Positions 59,410 through 64,000 of a stretch of 64,000 nucleotides of DNA are shown here, piece after piece. The first letter of the stretch is position 1. Every line of letters starts with the position of its first letter. The notes beneath the pieces are model-generated. The model was not told where the DNA came from, did not search any database, and saw only the letters and a program-made list of their open reading frames with translations. This stretch comes from an uncultured Bacillota bacterium (GTDB lineage Bacteria; Bacillota_I; Bacilli_A; RFN20; CAG-288). Made by a program: the position numbers and the translations under genes. The stretch is taken from NCBI GenBank assembly GCA_949300365.1, contig CASGEC010000001.1, positions 86,545 to 150,544 of the forward strand, in the 5' to 3' direction.

Positions 59410-60591
59410 ATGGAAAACGACATGATCATCGTCTTCTTCGGCGAACTCTCGACGAAGGGCAAGAACATCATGGATTTCATCCGCCTTCTGGGAAAGAACA
59501 TCCGTTCGACCCTGAAGGATTTTCCCCTTCTCTCCTATGAGGTGAAGAAGGACCACATCTATATTCTCCTCAATGGTACGCCCTACGAGGATGTCAAGAA
59601 GAAGCTCGTCAAGGTTCCCGGCCTTCTTTCCTTTTCCTTGGCCAAGGAAGTCCCAAACGACATCGAGGCCATCAAGGAAGAAGCCCTTGCCCTCTATCGG
59701 AAAAGCCAGGCCAAGACGTTCAAGGCCAACGCACGGCGTGTCGACAAGAACTTTCCCATGCATTCCGATGAGATCAACAGGGCAATCGGGGGCAGGATCC
59801 TTTCGACCTGTCCGGAAAGCCGGGTCGACGTCCACGATCCCGAACTGATGATCCACGTCATGGTCCGCAAGGAAGGGACCTATGTCTACGGCATCAAGGA
59901 AAAGGGACTGGGTGGCTATCCTCTGGGGATCGCCGGAAAGGGATTGATGCTCATTAGCGGTGGTATCGACTCTCCCGTTGCGGCCTTTCTGATGATGAAA
60001 AGGGGCGTGAAGCTCGAGATGATCCACTTTGCCGCACCGCCCTATACTTCCGAAAGGGTCATCGACAAGATCCATGATCTCCTCCATGTCCTCAACGACT
60101 ACCAGGAGGACATCAAGCTCTATGTCGTCCCCTTCACGGATCTGGAGAAGAAGATCTATGAGCTTGCCGGCCCCTCCTATTGCGTGACGATCATGCGCCG
60201 GATGATGATGCGGATCGCGTCGATCCTTGCCAGGAAGCATAACGACCTCGTCCTCTCTAGCGGGGAGTCCATCGGCCAGGTCGCTAGCCAGACCCTCTAT
60301 TCCATCAAGGTGATCGAGGAGGCCTGTTCCCTTCCGATGATGCGTCCTCTTTGCACATACGACAAGAACGAGATTATCGACATCGCCAAGAAAATCGGGA
60401 CATATGACATCTCTATTCGTCCTTACGAGGATTGCTGCACGATCTTCGCCATCAAGGATCCGGTCACGCATCCCAACATGGAAAAGGTCCTTGAGATCGA
60501 GCAGAGCTTCGACTACATGACGATGGTCCATGACTGCGTCGACAACGTCAAGGTCGAGCATGTCTGTCGGAACCAGGAAGAAGAGCTCTAG
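59410..60591 (+). CDS. thiI: tRNA 4-thiouridine(8) synthase ThiI (no rhodanese domain)
   Basis: 393 aa. A THUMP domain plus PP-loop SGGIDSPVAA. Confidence 0.9.
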   Translation: MENDMIIVFFGELSTKGKNIMDFIRLLGKNIRSTLKDFPLLSYEVKKDHIYILLNGTPYEDVKKKLVKVPGLLSFSLAKEVPNDIEAIKEEALALYRKSQAKTFKANARRVDKNFPMHSDEINRAIGGRILSTCPESRVDVHDPELMIHVMVRKEGTYVYGIKEKGLGGYPLGIAGKGLMLISGGIDSPVAAFLMMKRGVKLEMIHFAAPPYTSERVIDKIHDLLHVLNDYQEDIKLYVVPFTDLEKKIYELAGPSYCVTIMRRMMMRIASILARKHNDLVLSSGESIGQVASQTLYSIKVIEEACSLPMMRPLCTYDKNEIIDIAKKIGTYDISIRPYEDCCTIFAIKDPVTHPNMEKVLEIEQSFDYMTMVHDCVDNVKVEHVCRNQEEEL

Positions 60592-60668
60592 TACGAAAAA
60601 GGCGGAACCCGACGGCTCCGCTTTTTTCAATAAAGAAATGGCACCCTTTCGGGTGCCGATTGAGTGAC

Positions 60669-61037
60669 TTACTTCGCCTGACTCTCGGCGATGGCCTTGT
60701 TGGCGATCTCGACCAGGTTGTGGAACTGATCGGGGTTGGTGCCGGCGATTTCGCTGAGCATCTTTCTATTGAGGGCGACGTTGGCAAGCTTCATGCCGAA
60801 CATGAACTTGGAATAGGAGATGCCTTCCAGCTTGCAGGCAGCGGAGATACGACGGATCCACAGCTTGCGGAAGTCCTGCTTTCTCTCCTTGCGGCCGTTG
60901 AAGCTATAGGCGTCCGCGCGCATGACCGACTCTTTGGCGGTCTTGTAAAGTCTATGTCTGGCTCCGAAGAATCCGGAAGCTCTCTTCAGGATACGCTTTC
61001 TGTTGGCGTGTCGGACTGTTCCACCCTTGACTCTCAT
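60669..61037 (-). CDS. rplT: 50S ribosomal protein L20
   Basis: The full-length 122 aa matches L20 (MRVKGG..., RKRILKRASGF). Confidence 0.95.
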   Translation of the reverse strand: MRVKGGTVRHANRKRILKRASGFFGARHRLYKTAKESVMRADAYSFNGRKERKQDFRKLWIRRISAACKLEGISYSKFMFGMKLANVALNRKMLSEIAGTNPDQFHNLVEIANKAIAESQAK

Positions 61038-61056
61038 GGTTTTCTATCCTCCTTGA

Positions 61057-61251
61057 TTACTTGCTGATGAGCTGTCTGACAATCTTGGTCTGGGTCGGCT
61101 TGAGGTATCTGGCCTTGCGATTGTGACGGATCAGCTTGTGGGTCTTGTTGTGGGAAAGGTGAGAGGTGTTCTGGTTCCACTTCTTGACTTCACCATTGGC
61201 GGTGAAACGGAATCTCTTGACGGCGCTGCGCTTGCTCTTCATCTTAGGCAT
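61057..61251 (-). CDS. rpmI: 50S ribosomal protein L35
   Basis: 64 aa, MPKMKSKRSAVKRFRFTANGEVK. Confidence 0.9.
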   Translation of the reverse strand: MPKMKSKRSAVKRFRFTANGEVKKWNQNTSHLSHNKTHKLIRHNRKARYLKPTQTKIVRQLISK

Positions 61252-61816
61252 GCTGATTTCCTCCTGTTTTCTTGATCGGGCTGAGCGTGACGGAGTAGTC
61301 CCTTCCCATTAGTTCCGGCTGCTTGTCGGCGGTCGCATAGTCCTTCACCATCTCAAGGAAGTCCTGCAGAGTTTGCTTGACGATGTCCATTCTCTGCATC
61401 ATTCTTCCCTTGATGAAGACGGCAACCTTGACCTTCATGCCTTCCCCAAGGAATTTGATAGCGGCCTTGGCCTTCGTCTCCAGATCGTGCTTGTCGGTCG
61501 TGGCGGTGAAGCGGATTTCCTTCACGACGGTCTTCTTCTGGTTCTTCTTGGCTTCCCTTTCCTTCTTTCCCTTCTCGAACTTGAACTTTCCGTAGTTGAT
61601 GATCTTGCAGACGGGCGGGTGGGCTTGCGGGCTGACGCAGTAAAGGTCGAGCTGCATGTCCATCGATTTCTGAAGGGCGACTCTGAGGGGAACGACACCA
61701 TAGCTTTCGCCTTCGGGTCCGATCAAGAGGACTTCCTTGAAGTGGATCCTGTCGTTGACCAAGTCACGATCGTAATTGCTTCTGGGACGAAATCCCTGCT
61801 GATAACCGTTATATAT
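61244..61816 (-). CDS. infC: translation initiation factor IF-3 (probable non-ATG, AUA/AUU-type start)
   Basis: IF-3 homology begins about residue 40 of the long ORF (DLVNDRIHFKEVLLIGPEGESYGV...). There is no in-frame ATG with an RBS. GGAGG precedes an ATA codon at 61816. Confidence 0.8.
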   Translation of the reverse strand: MYNGYQQGFRPRSNYDRDLVNDRIHFKEVLLIGPEGESYGVVPLRVALQKSMDMQLDLYCVSPQAHPPVCKIINYGKFKFEKGKKEREAKKNQKKTVVKEIRFTATTDKHDLETKAKAAIKFLGEGMKVKVAVFIKGRMMQRMDIVKQTLQDFLEMVKDYATADKQPELMGRDYSVTLSPIKKTGGNQHA

Positions 61817-62098
61817 AGGGCTGTACCTCCGTGTACTTTGCAAAAAACGGGTCCCCGGAATGAGGACCCGCACTATGCACACGATACGCATAAGCCGATT
61901 GACGGACAAACTATAATCGGCTTAGGGATCAGGCATTTGACCTACCGGAACGGAATCCAGTCAGGTGGGACGGGCGTCCTCTTTCCTATCTCGTTTCAAG
62001 CAAATAGCACTATACCCTTTTGAAGGACGGATGTCAAGAAAAGATAGTCGATTCTTGAAGAGAAATTGTCAGGATGGTAGAATAGACCCGCTTTGTCC

Positions 62099-62171
62099 GG
62101 GCTTATAGCTCAGTTGGGAGAGCGCTTCCTTCACACGGAAGAGGTCAGTGGTCCGATCCCGCTTAAGCCCA
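62099..62171 (+). tRNA. tRNA-Val (anticodon CAC)
   Basis: GGGCTTA/TAAGCCC acceptor stem, anticodon loop TTCACAC, CCA encoded. The T-loop reads TCCGATC (C at position 55), which is atypical. Confidence 0.7.
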
Positions 62172-62294
62172 CCATATTAGAACGACATGTCTGATACAAA
62201 CCTAGTCGATGACTAGGGGCGGTTCAGACTTTTTTTGTTTTAGGCTTAAATAGCGACTTTTAAACTTACGCCGTTGTAACTGCCTAAAGAACTC

Positions 62295-62699
62295 ATGAGA
62301 GTTTTATCTGACTTAAAATATGTCGAACAAATGGGTTATGGAGTGCCTGAAGTTTTAAAGCACTATGATAAGAATGTATTTGATATTGAAGAAAGCTATA
62401 TAAATGTTTCCATACCATATGATGCAGAAGTAATGGCTTCTATGCGTGTTACTAACCTTGGTGCAGAAAATGGTGCAGAAAAGGGTGCAGATAATAATTC
62501 AGAAGAAAATATTATACGAGAGTTAAAAATTAATCCTAAAGTAACAAGAAAAGAATTATCATTAAAACTTCAAATTGGCACAACTTCCGTTTATAGAATT
62601 TTAAATGGATTAAAAGAGAAGAAAAAAATCAAACGTGTTGGTCCTGATAAAGGTGGACATTGGGAAATCGTAGGCAGGGATGAACAATCCGAGAAATAA
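62295..62699 (+). pseudogene. C-terminal fragment of a COG2865-type (AAA_4 / Schlafen-like AlbA_2 + winged-helix) putative regulator, in an AT-rich island
   Basis: The 134 aa product (YGVPEVLKHYD..., KVTRKELSLKLQIGTTSVYRILNGLKEKKKIKRVGPDKGGHWEIV) matches only the last ~130 aa of ~450 aa COG2865 proteins. The local GC content is far below the window average. Confidence 0.45.
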
Positions 62700-63013
62700 T
62701 TTTTAATTTGGAGACAACAATGTTTTTAACTGATTCAATAGATTTAGAAATTTTAAACCCTATATATTTATTGTTTTGGAATAGCTGGAATTGTTTTTTA
62801 TTTACTTTTGATTATTTTAGCTATCATTTTTTATAGAAAAAACATTGTTGAGCATACCGGACAGGCTTTTTGATTCCAATCAATGCTTTTGATGCTCAAA
62901 ATAATACTCTTAGACGACGTGTATGTAACGGATTGGAGGTGACACGACTGTGCCACCTCCCAAAGGTCCTTGTCCGTTTTCGTTCCGGCTTTGTTTCTAT
63001 TGGGTGGAAATCA

Positions 63014-63361
63014 TCAATCCTGTTCCAGGGATACCTTCACACCTTCGATATCGATTGTCCATTCTCCGGACACATCGGGATCATCTGATTCCCTGGCGTA
63101 TTCCCGCAAGGCCTCGGCAATTTTGCTCTTGAGACGGCTATAGACGTTTGAGGCCTCTCTGCGGAAGGCTTCCTTGATGAAGGAATCGGCATTGGTGTAG
63201 TAGAAAACAATCGTGCCACTGACATATACCGTATTGGGGTGGAAGTAGACCCGGACGTCGGGAAATTGGAGACGGGGATCTTTTCCATAGGACCAGCTTC
63301 CCAAATAGACATTTTCCAATGCCTCCATTACGGCATAACGAACGCCAAAACTATCAGCCAT
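63014..63361 (-). CDS. hypothetical protein
   Basis: 115 aa with good codon usage and an AT-rich promoter-like upstream region. No family recognised. Confidence 0.4.
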   Translation of the reverse strand: MADSFGVRYAVMEALENVYLGSWSYGKDPRLQFPDVRVYFHPNTVYVSGTIVFYYTNADSFIKEAFRREASNVYSRLKSKIAEALREYARESDDPDVSGEWTIDIEGVKVSLEQD

Positions 63362-63599
63362 AGTGAAATCCTCCTTTTTTCATTATGAAAGGAGAGTGAA
63401 AACAAGACAATTTAAATGTTTGGAAAACAGGCAAAAAGAGGAAAAATAAAGTTAACAGAATTGAAATGAAGTCAAGAAAACAGGAAAAGGATTAATTAGG
63501 AACCTGTATTCCAAAAGACAAACTGATGTCGGCTTTTCCAGCTCATGACAAAGCATCCTCCAAAAGGAAGTGTGGTAGAATAGCGATGGGGTAAAGAGA

Positions 63600-63995
63600 A
63601 TGCTATTCCTTTCTGAGAATGTGGATATCGCTTTGCTTACGAATACCCTTGTCTATACCTTTGGCATCGCCGGGATTGTCCTTCCCGTGCTTCTTTTTGT
63701 CTTGATGGTTGTCTTTGTCGTCAAGAAAGTCGGTCCGAATCCCTTTTTCGGATTCCGAACCCGCTTTGCCTTGTCCTCTCCGGAAAGATGGAATTGGTGC
63801 AATGGACAGCTTGCCAAGTTCACCTTCCTTTTTGAACCCTTCTTCCTTGTCGTCCACATCATCGTCTTTTCCTTGACCCTTGTCTATTCCTGGCCTTTCT
63901 TCGGTGTGATCCTGACGATGATCTTCGGTGTCTTGTGGATGCTTCCTGTTTGCATCTCTATCCAGGTAGTCGGAAAGAAGAAGTTCAAGGACTGA
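63600..63995 (+). CDS. SdpI/YhfL-family membrane protein
   Basis: 131 aa with 4 transmembrane helices and the family signature GPNPFFGFRTRFALSSPERW. Confidence 0.65.
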   Translation: MLFLSENVDIALLTNTLVYTFGIAGIVLPVLLFVLMVVFVVKKVGPNPFFGFRTRFALSSPERWNWCNGQLAKFTFLFEPFFLVVHIIVFSLTLVYSWPFFGVILTMIFGVLWMLPVCISIQVVGKKKFKD

Positions 63996-64000
63996 TTGTT

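Noticed and set aside
55434-60630. Long antisense ORFs opposite the LacI regulator, ezrA, the cysteine desulfurase and thiI (55434-56810, 56874-57896, 58186-59169, 59239-60630)
   Set aside because: Each lies within a confidently assigned plus-strand gene, with no start or RBS context of its own.
62870-63013. GGAGGTG...CACCTCC hairpin downstream of the minus-strand hypothetical gene
   Set aside because: A stable hairpin, but it lacks a U-run on either strand, so it was not called as an intrinsic terminator.

Overview
This 64 kb window looks like chromosomal DNA from a Bacillota (Firmicutes) genome with about 50-55% GC and the standard genetic code; TGA is used as a stop throughout. The housekeeping gene orders support that placement: rpoE (RNA polymerase delta subunit), ezrA with a cysteine desulfurase and thiI, infC-rpmI-rplT, rpsF-ssb-rpsR, and addB-addA. 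The Mycoplasma/Erysipelotrichia-style spermidine/putrescine importer suggests an Erysipelotrichia-like lineage. Gene density is high and supports roughly 65 coding or RNA features.

Housekeeping and transport content:
- Core genes: argS, rpoE, nrnA with a cysQ-like nucleotidase, a transaldolase, ppa, pgi, glyA, addB/addA, rubrerythrin, ezrA, a cysteine desulfurase, thiI, and the ribosomal and initiation-factor genes named above.
- A five-tRNA cluster: Val(TAC), Tyr, Gln, Lys and Leu(TAA).
- A lysine riboswitch in front of a fused substrate-binding/permease amino-acid ABC importer and its ATPase.
- An mntP manganese exporter with a weak candidate yybP-ykoY riboswitch leader.
- A potABCD polyamine importer with unusual domain architectures.
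- Two half-transporter ABC exporters.

Accessory or unusual content:
- About 14.3-19.3 kb: a tRNA-Met-flanked island holding an HxlR regulator, a hypothetical protein, a Zn-type sirtuin-linked macrodomain, a SirTM-like SIR2 protein, a frameshifted DUF4143 AAA ATPase, and a remnant of a second SirTM-like gene. No GcvH-L or LplA2 partner is present.
- An ATP-grasp ligase plus GNAT acetyltransferase pair beside the pot operon.
- Three translationally coupled genes (a small membrane protein, a membrane-anchored protein and a 677 aa beta-helix-like protein) diverging from an orphan AgrC-type GHKL histidine kinase and a guanylate-kinase paralog.
- A UmuC-like Y-family polymerase with a YolD-like gene, inserted between housekeeping genes.
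- A second, truncated DUF4143 fragment, and an MFS transporter gene interrupted by a single in-frame TAG.
- A tandem Lrp/AsnC-fold protein translationally coupled to a standalone acyl-CoA synthetase alpha-like CoA-binding protein.
- A tRNA-Val(CAC) followed by a roughly 650 bp AT-rich island carrying a COG2865-type gene fragment.

No CRISPR array, intact transposase or integrase was seen. All assignments rest on motif-level reading of the supplied translations and nucleotide sequence. Non-ORF coordinates such as tRNAs, terminators and palindromes were placed by hand and may be off by a few bases.
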